From an uncultured Bacilli bacterium (GTDB lineage: Bacteria; Bacillota_I; Bacilli_A; RF39; UBA660), in contig CAKOMI010000002.1 in NCBI GenBank assembly GCA_934096605.1, positions 789 to 64,788 on the forward strand: a stretch of 64,000 nt of DNA. Reading direction: 5' to 3'. The translations under genes and the position numbers were made by a program. Shown here piece by piece: positions 45,631 to 55,743 of this stretch. Below the pieces are notes generated by a model, which saw nothing but the letters and a program-made list of their open reading frames with translations, was not told the DNA's origin and did not search any database. Numbering within the stretch: the stretch's first letter is position 1; the number at the start of each line of letters is the position of its first letter.

Positions 45631-45669
45631 AGTAAATTTGTGGCTGAAATGTGTGTCCGACGCGTGTCC
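45631..45669 (+). repeat. motif copy R2
   Basis: gtaaatttgtggctgaaatgtgtgtccgacgcgtgtcca. Confidence 0.5.
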
Positions 45670-45745
45670 ATCAAAAAATTTGCTTATAGTTAAGTATTAA
45701 GACACAAATTTGATGGTTGATATTGTTCATAATAAGGAGGTCATT

Positions 45746-46015
45746 ATGTTTGAATTAGTATCAAAATATAAACCAAGTGGTGATCAACCACAGGCTATTG
45801 AAAAGTTAGTTGAAGGAATTAATGAAGGAAAAAAAGAACAAGTTTTATTAGGAGCGACTGGAACTGGTAAAACTTTTACTATGGCTAATGTTATAGCAAA
45901 AGTAAATAAGCCAACTTTGATTCTTGCTCATAATAAGACTTTAGCAGGGCAACTTTATAGTGAGTTTAAAGAGTTGTTTCCAAATAACCATGTTGAATAT
46001 TTTGTATCTTATTAT
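45746..46015 (+). repeat. 270-bp direct duplication, copy B (start of intact uvrB)
   Basis: See 43563-43832. Confidence 0.9.
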
Positions 46016-47692
46016 GATTATTATCAGCCAGAAGCATATGTTCCATCAAGTGATACTTATATTGAAAAAGATTCTTCAATAAATGATGAAATAGATGAAT
46101 TACGTCATGCTGCAACAAGTGCTTTAATTAATTATCAAGATACAATAGTGGTTTCTTCCGTTTCTTGTATTTACGGTATTGGTGAAAAAGAAGAATATAT
46201 CCAAAAGATGCTTATTTTAACAGTTGGTGACAATGTTAGAAGAAATGATATTATAAATAAACTAATTGATATGACTTATGAGAGAAACGATATTGACTTT
46301 AAAAGAGGAACATTTAGAGTTAGAGGTGATATTGTTGATATAGTTCCAGTTAATGAACATACAAGTGGAATAAGAATAGAATTGTTTGGTGATGAGGTTG
46401 ATAGAATAAGCTATTTTGATCCTGTAACAGGGGCAATTATTAAAAGCGTTAGAAGTGTTACAATATCTCCAGCTAGTCATTTCGTTACTAGTGATGAAAA
46501 ATTAAAAGAAGCTATTAAAAGAATTGAAAGTGAGTTAGAGGCTCGTTTAACTGAATTAAAGAGTCAAAATAAATTATTAGAAGAACAAAGACTTAGAGAA
46601 CGAACAAACTATGATATAGAAATGCTTAAAGAAACAGGATTTTGTAATGGGGTAGAGAACTACTCAAGGCATCTTGCTTTAAGAGGTGAAGGTGAAACAC
46701 CAACCTGTTTAATTGATTTTTTTCCTAAAGACTTTCTACTAATTGTTGATGAATCACATGTAACGCTTCCACAAGTAAGAGGTATGTATAATGGTGATAG
46801 AATGCGTAAACAAACACTTGTTGACTATGGCTTTAGGCTTCCTAGTGCTCTAGATAATCGACCACTTAAATTTGATGAGTTTGAAAGTAAGATTAATAAT
46901 GCTATCTATGTTTCGGCGACACCTGGTGATTATGAATTAGAAAAAACCCACGGCAAATATGTTGAACAAATAATAAGACCTACTGGTTTGTTAGATCCAA
47001 TTATCCATGTAAGAGGTTCAGAAGGTCAAATAGATGATATAATTAATGAAATAAGAACTCGTATGGCTAAAAATGAAAGAGTTTTAATAACTACTTTAAC
47101 AATTAAGATGAGTGAAGAACTAACTAATTATTTAAAAGAATTAAATATTAAAGTAGCGTATTTACACAATGAAATTAAAACTTTGGATCGTTTAAAAATA
47201 ATTCATGATTTACGAGCCGGCATTTATGACGTTGTTGTTGGTATAAACTTACTAAGAGAAGGTATTGATATACCAGAAGTAAGCTTGATTTGTATTTTAG
47301 ATGCTGATAAACAAGGATTCTTACGTAGTTCTAGGAGTTTAATTCAAACTATTGGGCGGGCAGCAAGAAATGCAAATGGCGAGGTTATAATGTATGCTGA
47401 TACAATGAGTGAAGCCATGGATTATGCTATTAAAGAAACAAATAGAAGAAGAGAAATTCAATCGGCATTTAATAAAGAACATAATATAATTCCTAAAACT
47501 ATTCAAAAAGAAATAAAAGAAGTTATTACTAATGAGGTTAAAGAAAAAGCCAAAAAGACTAAGATAACTAAAAAAGAGAAAGAAAAAATGTTAGCTGATT
47601 TAGAAAGTGAAATGCGTAGTGCAGCAGCTAATTTAGATTTTGAAAGAGCAATGGAATTAAGAGATATTATTTTTGAAATGAAAAGTGAATAA
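45746..47692 (+). CDS. uvrB: excinuclease ABC subunit B
   Basis: [28 protein letters not shown] (Walker A), DESH box (VDESHVT), helicase motifs, and the C-terminal UVR domain (..[15 protein letters not shown]). ATG 45746 follows aaggagg; the track start 45710 is upstream of the RBS. Confidence 0.95.
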   Translation: MFELVSKYKPSGDQPQAIEKLVEGINEGKKEQVLLGATGTGKTFTMANVIAKVNKPTLILAHNKTLAGQLYSEFKELFPNNHVEYFVSYYDYYQPEAYVPSSDTYIEKDSSINDEIDELRHAATSALINYQDTIVVSSVSCIYGIGEKEEYIQKMLILTVGDNVRRNDIINKLIDMTYERNDIDFKRGTFRVRGDIVDIVPVNEHTSGIRIELFGDEVDRISYFDPVTGAIIKSVRSVTISPASHFVTSDEKLKEAIKRIESELEARLTELKSQNKLLEEQRLRERTNYDIEMLKETGFCNGVENYSRHLALRGEGETPTCLIDFFPKDFLLIVDESHVTLPQVRGMYNGDRMRKQTLVDYGFRLPSALDNRPLKFDEFESKINNAIYVSATPGDYELEKTHGKYVEQIIRPTGLLDPIIHVRGSEGQIDDIINEIRTRMAKNERVLITTLTIKMSEELTNYLKELNIKVAYLHNEIKTLDRLKIIHDLRAGIYDVVVGINLLREGIDIPEVSLICILDADKQGFLRSSRSLIQTIGRAARNANGEVIMYADTMSEAMDYAIKETNRRREIQSAFNKEHNIIPKTIQKEIKEVITNEVKEKAKKTKITKKEKEKMLADLESEMRSAAANLDFERAMELRDIIFEMKSE

Positions 47693-47759
47693 TTATTATT
47701 ACATTATTTGCTTTTTTCCAAAATTATGGTACACTTAGTAAGCGAAGGAGTGAAGAAAA

Positions 47760-49388
47760 TTGACAAATAATCCAACTTTAGTATTTGGACATAGAAATCC
47801 TGATACTGATTCAGTTTGTTCAGCAATTAGTTTTTCTTATTTAAAAAATAAATTAGGTGAAAATACTAGTCCAAGAGTATTAGGCCATATTAATAAAGAA
47901 ACGGCTTTTGCTTTAAATTATTTTAATGTAAAAGAACCAGAATATTTAAATAATGTTAAAGTACAACTTAGAAATGTATTTTATCATAAAGGTATTATGT
48001 TAAGTGAAAATGCATCAATAAAAGAGGTAGTTGAGTATTTAACTGACAATCATATTACTGCTACGCCAATTGTTGATGACAAAAAACACTTAGTTAGTCT
48101 TATCACATTAAAAGAAATTGCGATGCTTTTTGTAGAGAAATCAAGAGAACACTTAAATACTAATTATGAACATGTTAAAGAGGCTTTAAACGGAAGAGAA
48201 ATATTAAAATTTCATGATGAGTTTGATGGAACTTTAATAGCTGGTAGTTATAAAAGTCAAACTTTTATTGAAACAGCCCCTTTAAAGAAAAATGATATTT
48301 TAATTGTCGGCAATAGAAATAAAGTTATTAAGCATGGTCTAGAATCTGGTATTGCTTTACTAGTTCTTACTAATAACTTTGATTTAGATGATGAACTATT
48401 AGAACTTGCTAAAAAGAATAAAGTAAGTGTAATATCAAGTTCATTAGATACTTATAATACGTGTAATCAAATTGCTTTAAGTAATTATGTTAAAACTATC
48501 ATTACTAATAAAACTCCTCATGTTGTAAGTGATTTAGATTACTTAACTGATTTCATTGCCGAGGCTACAAAACTTGGTTTTACTAATTATCCTGTGATGA
48601 ATAAAAAAGATGAATGTCTTGGTCTTATTAGAATGACTGATATTGGTTCTTATGAAAAGAAGAATGTTATTTTAGTAGATCATAACAATATTGAACAAAG
48701 TGTTCCTGGTATTGATGAAGCTAATATTGTGGAAATAATTGATCATCATAACTTAGGGGCTATTGGTACAAGCGTGCCAATTAACTTTAGAAGCATGCCT
48801 GTTGGTTGTACATGTACAGTTTTATATGAGTTATATAAAGAATATAAGGTGGAAATTCCTAAACATATTGCAGGTTTAATGTTATCGGCTATTTTATCTG
48901 ATACCTTAATTTTGAAAAGTCCAACAACAACTAGTTTAGATATTGAAGCAGTCGAGTACTTAGCCGGTATTGCTGGAGTTTCTTATAGTGAATATGGTTA
49001 TGAGATGCTTAAGGCTGGTAGTTCTGTAGAAGGTATGAGTGTTGAAGACTTAATTTATCAAGACTTTAAATCATACAAAGTAGAAAATACCTCTTTAGGT
49101 ATTAGTCAAGTTATTACAATGGATTTTGATAGCATAAAAAGTCATTTGGATGAGTATATTGCTAAGTTAAATGAAATAGCAAAAAGAGATTATAGTGTCG
49201 TTACATTATTTATAACTGACATTGTTAAAAATGGCTCATATGTTCTTTATAACGATGATGCAAAACACATTGTTGAAGATAGTTTTGAATTAGAAAATAT
49301 AGAAGAAGGAATATTTATTCCTGACTTAGTTTCGCGTAAAAAACAAATGCTTCCAAAAATAATGGAATCATTAGAAAAAAATAATTAA
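47760..49388 (+). CDS. ppaC: family II (DHH) manganese-dependent inorganic pyrophosphatase with CBS-domain insert
   Basis: GHRNPDTDS, VDHN, IIDHHNLG (DHH), DHHA2 C-terminal region, and a ~250-aa CBS/DRTGG-type insertion between DHH motifs. TTG start. Confidence 0.85.
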   Translation: MTNNPTLVFGHRNPDTDSVCSAISFSYLKNKLGENTSPRVLGHINKETAFALNYFNVKEPEYLNNVKVQLRNVFYHKGIMLSENASIKEVVEYLTDNHITATPIVDDKKHLVSLITLKEIAMLFVEKSREHLNTNYEHVKEALNGREILKFHDEFDGTLIAGSYKSQTFIETAPLKKNDILIVGNRNKVIKHGLESGIALLVLTNNFDLDDELLELAKKNKVSVISSSLDTYNTCNQIALSNYVKTIITNKTPHVVSDLDYLTDFIAEATKLGFTNYPVMNKKDECLGLIRMTDIGSYEKKNVILVDHNNIEQSVPGIDEANIVEIIDHHNLGAIGTSVPINFRSMPVGCTCTVLYELYKEYKVEIPKHIAGLMLSAILSDTLILKSPTTTSLDIEAVEYLAGIAGVSYSEYGYEMLKAGSSVEGMSVEDLIYQDFKSYKVENTSLGISQVITMDFDSIKSHLDEYIAKLNEIAKRDYSVVTLFITDIVKNGSYVLYNDDAKHIVEDSFELENIEEGIFIPDLVSRKKQMLPKIMESLEKNN

Positions 49389-49398
49389 AAAGATTAGT

Positions 49399-49427
49399 AG
49401 AACAAATTATTGATATTTGTTCTTTTT
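49399..49427 (+). terminator. intrinsic terminator
   Basis: agaacaaat-tattgat-atttgttct followed by tttt. Confidence 0.6.
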
Positions 49428-49449
49428 CTAAAATGAAAGAGGGATAACT

Positions 49450-50208
49450 ATGAAAGCATTAATTACTGGGGCTTCATCTGGACTTGGGAGAGATATGGCT
49501 CGTTATTTAGCTAGTAAAAATATTAATTTAATATTAGTAGCAAGAGATAGGGAAGGCTTAGAAAAATTACAAAAAGAATTAAATGTTAATGTTAAAATTT
49601 ATGTATATGATTTAAGTATTAAAGAAAATGTGTATGAACTTTATGAAAATGTGAAAGATGAAAACATTGATATTTTAATTAATAATGCAGGTTTTGGTTT
49701 GTTTGGAGAGTTTGCTAAAACAGAGTTAAACCGAGAACTAGAAATGATTAATTTAAATGTCGTTGCTTATCACATTTTAACAAAATTATTTTTACAAGAC
49801 TTTATCAAAAAAGATAAAGGATATATTTTAAATGTATGTTCTAGTGCAGGGTTTATGGCTGGACCTCGTTTGTCAACTTACTATGCAACTAAAAATTATG
49901 TTTTAAAACTTACAATGGCTATTTATGAAGAGTTAAGACAAAGTAAAAGCAATGTTAAAATATCTGCTTTATGTCCAGGACCGGTTAATACTAATTTTAA
50001 TAAAGTAGCCCATGGTGGATTTACTATTAAAGGAGCAAGTAGTGAGTATGTGGCAAAGTATGCGATTGATAAAATGTTTCAAAATAAGTTGTTGATTGTG
50101 CCAAAGTTTTCAATTAAACTAGCTATCTTTTTAACAAGATTTGTTCCGATAAAATTACTTTTACCAATTGTTTATCATATTCAATATCGTAAAGAAAGGA
50201 ATTATTAA
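49450..50208 (+). CDS. short-chain dehydrogenase/reductase
   Basis: TGASSGLG cofactor motif, NNAG, catalytic S...YxxxK (YYATK). Confidence 0.85.
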   Translation: MKALITGASSGLGRDMARYLASKNINLILVARDREGLEKLQKELNVNVKIYVYDLSIKENVYELYENVKDENIDILINNAGFGLFGEFAKTELNRELEMINLNVVAYHILTKLFLQDFIKKDKGYILNVCSSAGFMAGPRLSTYYATKNYVLKLTMAIYEELRQSKSNVKISALCPGPVNTNFNKVAHGGFTIKGASSEYVAKYAIDKMFQNKLLIVPKFSIKLAIFLTRFVPIKLLLPIVYHIQYRKERNY

Positions 50209-50219
50209 TTGAGATTGTT

Positions 50220-50777
50220 ATGAATTTAAGAAAAAAAATAGAAGAGTTTATTCCGTTTAATGAACAAGAAGAAAAAGATAAAATTCAATTTTTAGAATTT
50301 ATTGATTCATTTGATGATACGTTGACTAGAGATAATATCTTTGGACATTTTACAGCCTCGGCTTTTGTTGTTAATAAAGAAAGAAATAAAATGGTCGTAG
50401 TTTATCATATCATTAATGATGGCTGGATTTACCCGGGTGGTCATGCTGATGGCGAAGAAGATTTACTAAAAGTGGCAATTCGGGAAGTAGAAGAAGAAAC
50501 TGGTTTAAAAGTGAAAGTATTAGATGATAATATTTATGCTATAGACTCAGCACCTGTAAAAGGCCACATTAAACGTGGTATGTATGTTTCGGCTCATTTG
50601 CATTTAGACGTAATATTTATAATGGAAGCTGATGATAAAATTCCTCTTAAATATAAAGAAGATGAATCTAAAGGTGTAAAATGGATTAGTTTTTCAGAAG
50701 CGGATAATGAAACAATGTGTGATTTTGTAAGACCAATTCACAGAAACTTGATTAATAAATTAAATGCTAAAAAGTAG
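50220..50777 (+). CDS. NUDIX hydrolase
   Basis: Nudix box GGHADGEEDLLKVAIREVEEETG. Confidence 0.85.
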   Translation: MNLRKKIEEFIPFNEQEEKDKIQFLEFIDSFDDTLTRDNIFGHFTASAFVVNKERNKMVVVYHIINDGWIYPGGHADGEEDLLKVAIREVEEETGLKVKVLDDNIYAIDSAPVKGHIKRGMYVSAHLHLDVIFIMEADDKIPLKYKEDESKGVKWISFSEADNETMCDFVRPIHRNLINKLNAKK

Positions 50778-50848
50778 ATTACTGTTTTTCTTTTGATTGA
50801 AAAGTTACATTTATTAAGTTATAATCAAGTTATTGTGAAGGATGTGAA

Positions 50849-52972
50849 ATGATGAATAATAAAGAAATGCTTGCTAAAGAATTAAATGTTAAAGTATCAC
50901 AAGTAGAGGCTGTATTAAATCTACTTAGTGAAGGCTGTACAATTCCTTTTATAGCGCGTTATAGAAAAGAGGTTACGGGTTCTTTAGACGAAGAGCAAAT
51001 AAGAAGTATTGAAAAAGAGTATGCTTATTTAGAAAGTTTAAAGAAACGTAAAGAAGATGTTATAAGACTTATTAAAGAAAAAGAAATGCTTACTGATGAA
51101 CTAGAAAAAGAAATAATGAACGCAACTAAGTTAAGTGAAATAGAAGACTTATATAGACCATTTAAAGAAAAGAAAAAAACTAAGGCTAGCGAAGCTATTA
51201 AAATGGGTTTAGAGCCCCTTGCTAAGAAAATTATGTCTTTTCCAGTAAAGGGTGATATAGAAACACTTGCAAGTGGTTATGACATGGATACGGCTAAAGC
51301 GCTAGAAGGGGCTAAATATATAATTAGTGAATGGATTAGTGATAATGCTTATTATCGTAAAAGAATTAAAGGGGAAATATTTAGAAATGGTAAAATTACT
51401 AGTAAACTAAAAAAAGATGCTGTTGATGAACATAAAACTTATGAAATGTATTATAATTTAGAAGAAAAAATAAAATATGCTAAACATTACCGTATTTTAG
51501 CCATGAACCGTGGCGAGGATGAAAAAATACTTACTGTTTCTCTTTCTTTTGATAAAGAAAAAATATTAAGTGATTTAGAGAATAAAATTATTAAAAATAA
51601 AGATTCTTTTGTAGTACCTTATGTTAATGAAGCTATAGAAGATGCTCTAAAACGTTTAATATATCCAAGTGTAGAAAGAGAAATACGTTCTTTACTTACA
51701 AGTGAAGCTGAAAAGAAAGCTATTGTAACATTCCAAGACAACTTAGAACATTTATTAATGACTAAGCCAATAAAAGGTAAAACTGTAATGGGTTTTGATC
51801 CGGCATTTAGAACTGGGTGTAAATTAGCTGTATTAAATCCTTATGGCCAAGTACTAGAAATAGCAACGATTTATCCTCATGAACCTAAAAAAGAAACTGA
51901 GAAAAGTAAAGAGGTTATAAAAAATCTTATTGATAAATATGGTGTACAAATAATAGCAATTGGTAATGGGACAGCATCAAGAGAAAGTGAAGCATTTGTA
52001 GGTGAAACTATTCATGGGACTAATGTTTTATATAATCTTGTTAGTGAAGCTGGGGCAAGTGTTTATTCGGCAAGTCCTTTAGCTATTGCTGAGTTTCCGG
52101 ATTTAACGGTTGAAAAAAGAAGTGCTATTTCAATAGGAAGAAGAATACAAGACCCACTATCAGAACTTGTTAAAATTGATCCTAAAAGCATTGGTGTAGG
52201 AGAATACCAACATGACGTTAATCAAAAAGAATTAACAGAAGCCCTAGATTTTACCGTATCTAAGATTGTTAATGAAATAGGTGTAAATATTAATACAGCA
52301 AGTAGTAGTATCTTATCGCATATATCTGGTTTAAATAAAAAGACAATTAATGAAATATTAAAATTTAGAGAAAAAAATACTTTTAAAAATAGATATGAGG
52401 TTAAGTCTTTACCTGGTTTTAGTGATAAAGTATTTGAACAAGCAATAGGTTTTTTAAGAATAGTTGATGGTGATAATATTTTAGATAAAACAAGAATTCA
52501 CCCTGAAAGTTATGATTTAGTTTATAAAATGCTTGATATTCTTCATCTTGATTTAAAAGACTTTGATACTGTTAACTTTAAAGAAACTATCGAAAATGCA
52601 CCGATTGATAGTCTTGCAAGCACCTTAGGAACTGATATATATACTTTAAAAGATATAGTAGAAGAGTTAATGACACCGGGTATTGACTACCGTGATAAAC
52701 TAGATGATGTAATATTAAAAAGTGATGTTTTAAATATTCATGATTTACATATGGGTATGGAACTTACGGGAACAGTACGTAATGTTACTAGTTTTGGAGC
52801 ATTTGTAGATATAGGACTTCATGATGATGGGCTTGTTCATATTTCGAAAATGAGTAAACAATTTGTTAGTAATCCAAGTGATATCGTAAGTGTTGGTGAT
52901 ATTGTAAAGGTTTATGTATGTAAAATTGATTTAGATAAAGAACAAGTTGGTTTATCTTTAATTAAGGAATAA
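50849..52972 (+). CDS. tex: Tex-like transcription accessory protein (S1 RNA-binding)
   Basis: Tex N-terminal HTH (TIPFIARYRKE), YqgF/RuvC-like region (GFDPAFRTGCK), HhH, and C-terminal S1 domain (GTVRNVTSFGAFVDIG..GLVHIS). Confidence 0.9.
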   Translation: MMNNKEMLAKELNVKVSQVEAVLNLLSEGCTIPFIARYRKEVTGSLDEEQIRSIEKEYAYLESLKKRKEDVIRLIKEKEMLTDELEKEIMNATKLSEIEDLYRPFKEKKKTKASEAIKMGLEPLAKKIMSFPVKGDIETLASGYDMDTAKALEGAKYIISEWISDNAYYRKRIKGEIFRNGKITSKLKKDAVDEHKTYEMYYNLEEKIKYAKHYRILAMNRGEDEKILTVSLSFDKEKILSDLENKIIKNKDSFVVPYVNEAIEDALKRLIYPSVEREIRSLLTSEAEKKAIVTFQDNLEHLLMTKPIKGKTVMGFDPAFRTGCKLAVLNPYGQVLEIATIYPHEPKKETEKSKEVIKNLIDKYGVQIIAIGNGTASRESEAFVGETIHGTNVLYNLVSEAGASVYSASPLAIAEFPDLTVEKRSAISIGRRIQDPLSELVKIDPKSIGVGEYQHDVNQKELTEALDFTVSKIVNEIGVNINTASSSILSHISGLNKKTINEILKFREKNTFKNRYEVKSLPGFSDKVFEQAIGFLRIVDGDNILDKTRIHPESYDLVYKMLDILHLDLKDFDTVNFKETIENAPIDSLASTLGTDIYTLKDIVEELMTPGIDYRDKLDDVILKSDVLNIHDLHMGMELTGTVRNVTSFGAFVDIGLHDDGLVHISKMSKQFVSNPSDIVSVGDIVKVYVCKIDLDKEQVGLSLIKE

Positions 52973-52974
52973 AA

Positions 52975-52997
52975 GTGTACATTTTGTACATTTTTTT
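52975..52997 (+). terminator. intrinsic terminator after tex
   Basis: gtgtaca-ttt-tgtaca(t) followed by a T-run. Confidence 0.5.
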
Positions 52998-53062
52998 ACT
53001 TGTTTTCTTTTAAAATAAAAAATAATTGGTTATAATAAATATAAGAAAGACATGGTGATTTT

Positions 53063-54898
53063 ATGTGTGGAATTGCAGGCTTTATTGGTAAAGATAAAGA
53101 TAAAAAGAAAATTTTAAAAAATATGTGTGATAGAATTAAACATAGAGGACCGGATGCACAAGGGTATTATGTGAAAGGTGATGTTGCACTTGGACAACGA
53201 CGACTATCAATTATTGATATTGAAGGTGGTAAACAACCAATGTTTTCTAAAGATGAAAAGTTAGTTGTGGTCTTTAATGGTGAAATATATAATTATAAAG
53301 AATTAAAGAGTGAACTTAGTGATTATCCATTTCAAACAAATTCGGATACCGAGGTTTTACTTTATGGCTATAAAGAATGGGGTAGTGAATTACCAAAACA
53401 CTTAAGAGGTATGTTTGCCTTTGCTTTATATGATATTGAAAATAAAACTTTGTTTTGTGCTAGGGATCCATTTGGGATAAAACCATTTTACTATTATCAA
53501 AATGATGGCGATTTTATGTTTGCTTCAGAAATAAAAGCCTTCTTAGATCATCCTAAATTTAAAAAAGAATTTAATGAAAGTATTTTAGCCCCATATTTAT
53601 CATTTAGTTTTACACCTACAACTGAGACATTTTTTAAAGGGGTTAAAAGATTAGATGCTGGGTATTCTTTAACGTATAAGGAAGGAGAAATGAAACTTAA
53701 TCGTTACTTTGATTTGAACTTTGATATTCAAAAAGAAGATTATGATAAAACAGTTGATAATATTAGTAAAGTTATGACTGATAGTGTAAATCATCATATG
53801 ATAAGTGACGTTGAAGTAGGCTCATTTTTATCAAGTGGGATTGATTCTTCTTATTTAGTAAGCTTAGCCAAACCTGATAAAACATATACAGTTGGTTATG
53901 ATATTCCAAGGTATGATGAAACGAACTATGCTAAAGACTTGACAGAAAAACTGGGTATTAGTAATACAAATAAAAAAATTACTAAAGAAGAGTATATGCA
54001 AATACTACCTAAAATAATGTATCATATGGATGAACCTGCAAGCGATCCGGCAGTAGTAGCCTTATACTTTGTAGCCAATATTGCTAGTAAAGATGTGAAG
54101 GTTGTCTTATCTGGTGAAGGAGCAGATGAATTCTTTGGTGGCTATAATTATTACCGGGAAGAGGTTGATTATGCTTTTTATAATAAAATTCCTTTCTTTA
54201 TAAGACATGGTATATCTAAATTTTTCTCTTTATTTCCACCAGTACGGGGCATAAATTTCTTGGTAAGAAGAGGAGAAAAACTAGAAGATAGTTATATTGG
54301 CGTTAATAAAGTGTGGAGTGAAAAGGAAACTAAAAAACTTCTTAAAAATAAACCATTAGTAGAAAATAAGGCTATAACTAAACCGGTTTATGATGAATTT
54401 AAAGATAAAAGTAATATTGTTAAAATGCAAGCCATTGATATCAATTTTTGGCTTATGAAAGATATTTTACAGAAGGCTGATCGTATGACTATGGCTAATT
54501 CTTTGGAAGGAAGAGTACCTTTTGTAGATACTGAAGTTTTTAAAGTAGCTAGTTCTTTACCTATTGAATATAAAGTTACTAAAGAAAATACTAAGGTTGC
54601 CCTAAGGGATGCGGCTAAAAAAGTTATTCCTAATGAATCATATAAAAAGAAAAAGCTTGGATTTCCAGTACCAATTAGGGATTGGATAAAAGAAAATGAC
54701 GTTTATAAAGAATTAAAGAGAGAATTAAATAGTAAAGTAGCTAAGAAATTCTTTAATACAGAGATACTTTTAAAGATGTTAGAAGAACATAAAAATGGTA
54801 AAAAAGATAATTATCGTAAAGTTTGGACAGTATATACATTTTTGAAATGGTATGATGTTTTCTTTTCAAGTGATGATAATAAAAGCATAGATTTTTAG
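53063..54898 (+). CDS. asnB: asparagine synthase (glutamine-hydrolysing)
   Basis: N-terminal MCGIAGF (Ntn Cys2), GATase II domain, and the PP-loop SGIDSS of the synthetase domain. Confidence 0.95.
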   Translation: MCGIAGFIGKDKDKKKILKNMCDRIKHRGPDAQGYYVKGDVALGQRRLSIIDIEGGKQPMFSKDEKLVVVFNGEIYNYKELKSELSDYPFQTNSDTEVLLYGYKEWGSELPKHLRGMFAFALYDIENKTLFCARDPFGIKPFYYYQNDGDFMFASEIKAFLDHPKFKKEFNESILAPYLSFSFTPTTETFFKGVKRLDAGYSLTYKEGEMKLNRYFDLNFDIQKEDYDKTVDNISKVMTDSVNHHMISDVEVGSFLSSGIDSSYLVSLAKPDKTYTVGYDIPRYDETNYAKDLTEKLGISNTNKKITKEEYMQILPKIMYHMDEPASDPAVVALYFVANIASKDVKVVLSGEGADEFFGGYNYYREEVDYAFYNKIPFFIRHGISKFFSLFPPVRGINFLVRRGEKLEDSYIGVNKVWSEKETKKLLKNKPLVENKAITKPVYDEFKDKSNIVKMQAIDINFWLMKDILQKADRMTMANSLEGRVPFVDTEVFKVASSLPIEYKVTKENTKVALRDAAKKVIPNESYKKKKLGFPVPIRDWIKENDVYKELKRELNSKVAKKFFNTEILLKMLEEHKNGKKDNYRKVWTVYTFLKWYDVFFSSDDNKSIDF

Positions 54899-54901
54899 TC
54901 T

Positions 54902-54979
54902 ATGCTTTTTCTAAGATTTTTGTTAGTTATGATCGTGTTTTTTTTAGTTTCCATACTATTCTTAACATTCCCTCTATAA
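54902..54979 (+). CDS. 25-aa hydrophobic peptide ORF, degenerate copy (no own RBS; starts 3 nt after the asnB stop)
   Basis: MLFLRFLLVMIVFFLVSILFLTFPL is homologous to the C-terminal 27 aa of the peptide at 55633..55737, with the stop at the same relative position. Confidence 0.25.
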   Translation: MLFLRFLLVMIVFFLVSILFLTFPL

Positions 54980-54982
54980 TTA

Positions 54983-55087
54983 AAAAAAACGTCTAAACAA
55001 AGTGTTTAGACGCCCAAAATTTAATCGAGGACGTCTAGCTCAACAAAAACTAGAGGCTCTCTTTTTATTATATGAGATGTACTCTCT
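54983..55087 (-). ncRNA. candidate antisense sRNA, copy 1
   Basis: Minus-strand extended -10 tgttaatat (plus 55094-55102). Minus-strand terminator is hairpin 54989-55012 followed by a U-run (plus A-run 54982-88). Confidence 0.2.
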
Positions 55088-55244
55088 AAATACATATTAA
55101 CATAAAAATACTTGAAATAAAAGAATAAATTTTTTAGGCGTTACTAATAGTAATCTTATGTATTTCTTTGCTTTACTAATAACAAATTGAAGGTGTCTTT
55201 TTTTTGTTGGCTTTATAATAAAATGAGACACTATTAGTCAGTTC

Positions 55245-55516
55245 AAGTGGTGTTTTTGATGGAAAATTTGACTATTAAAAATCCTCTATAGATTCATATT
55301 TAACAATTGATGAATATTTTTGGACCATAACACCAATAGTTATTAAAACCCTTTTGGGTACTCTTCTAGTGCTTCACATATATTTGTTTTTTATCTATAT
55401 GGCATGATGATAATACTAGCTATTCACTTGGCTTAAGACCTGTTATAAATTTAAAGAGTACTTTGAAACTTACGGGTGATGGTACTAATAATAATCCTTA
55501 TATTCCAAGTTTATAA
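55245..55516 (+). pseudogene. decayed 3' remnant of a third lectin-tailed surface-protein paralog
   Basis: Fragments in two frames: ..DEYFWTITP.. (compare DYLWTMTS and GQWTLSP) and ..HDDNTSYSLGLRPVINLKSTLKLTGDGTNNNPYIPSL* (compare NAVRPVGYL....GDGSSGNPYTLSN*). Confidence 0.6.
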
Positions 55517-55632
55517 AAAAAATAATAAAAATTGTTAAAAAGTCCTTGGTTCGACAAAATACTCAGATTAGTTGTTATATAATAGGTCGCGAACCTTTAG
55601 TTGTTAGACGTCCTCTAGATAGGAGGATTAGT

Positions 55633-55737
55633 GTGAAAAAGGATACAGAAATTTGTATGCTTCAGCTACTAATATTTTTACTGGTTATAATCGTGTTAAT
55701 TTTAGTTTTCAAACTTTTTTTAACTCCCTTTCTATAA
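55633..55737 (+). CDS. 34-aa hydrophobic peptide, candidate type I toxin
   Basis: GTG start 6 nt after AGGAGG (55621-26). Peptide (M)KKDTEICMLQLLIFLLVIIVLILVFKLFLTPFL has a charged N-terminus plus a single TM. An upstream cctc could pair with the SD (cctc-tagata-ggagg). Confidence 0.4.
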   Translation: MKKDTEICMLQLLIFLLVIIVLILVFKLFLTPFL

Positions 55738-55743
55738 CATAAT

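Larger units (their letters stand above)
43833..45745 (+). mobile_element. putative ~1.9-kb insertion cassette between the duplicated uvrB starts (no recombinase recognised)
   Basis: Bounded by the two uvrB 5' copies. It carries one 507-aa ORF flanked by motif copies R1 and R2. No transposase, integrase or inverted terminal repeats were seen. Confidence 0.3.
54902..55220 (+). repeat. ~320-bp direct repeat, copy 1 (peptide ORF tail + two hairpins + downstream promoter region)
   Basis: Aligns with 55657-55978. Hairpin 1 (acgtctaaaca-aag-tgtttagacg) is identical in both copies. Confidence 0.8.

Noticed and set aside
43418-45669. R0/R1/R2 motif as a LexA (Cheo/SOS) box, since uvrB is normally SOS-regulated
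   Set aside because: None of the copies contains a GAAC-N4-GTTC palindrome. Only partial, non-palindromic resemblance is present (gaattcgtatcc, gttcgtgtaagttc).
45710-45745. Upstream start (45710) for uvrB giving [17 protein letters not shown]
   Set aside because: The strong RBS aaggagg sits immediately before ATG 45746. The duplicated copy A also begins exactly at this ATG.
52973-53062. Riboswitch or T-box leader upstream of asnB, and similar leaders upstream of ppaC and the P-type ATPase
   Set aside because: The intergenic regions are short (60-90 nt) and contain only a terminator for the upstream gene plus promoter-like elements. There is no conserved aptamer-like structure.
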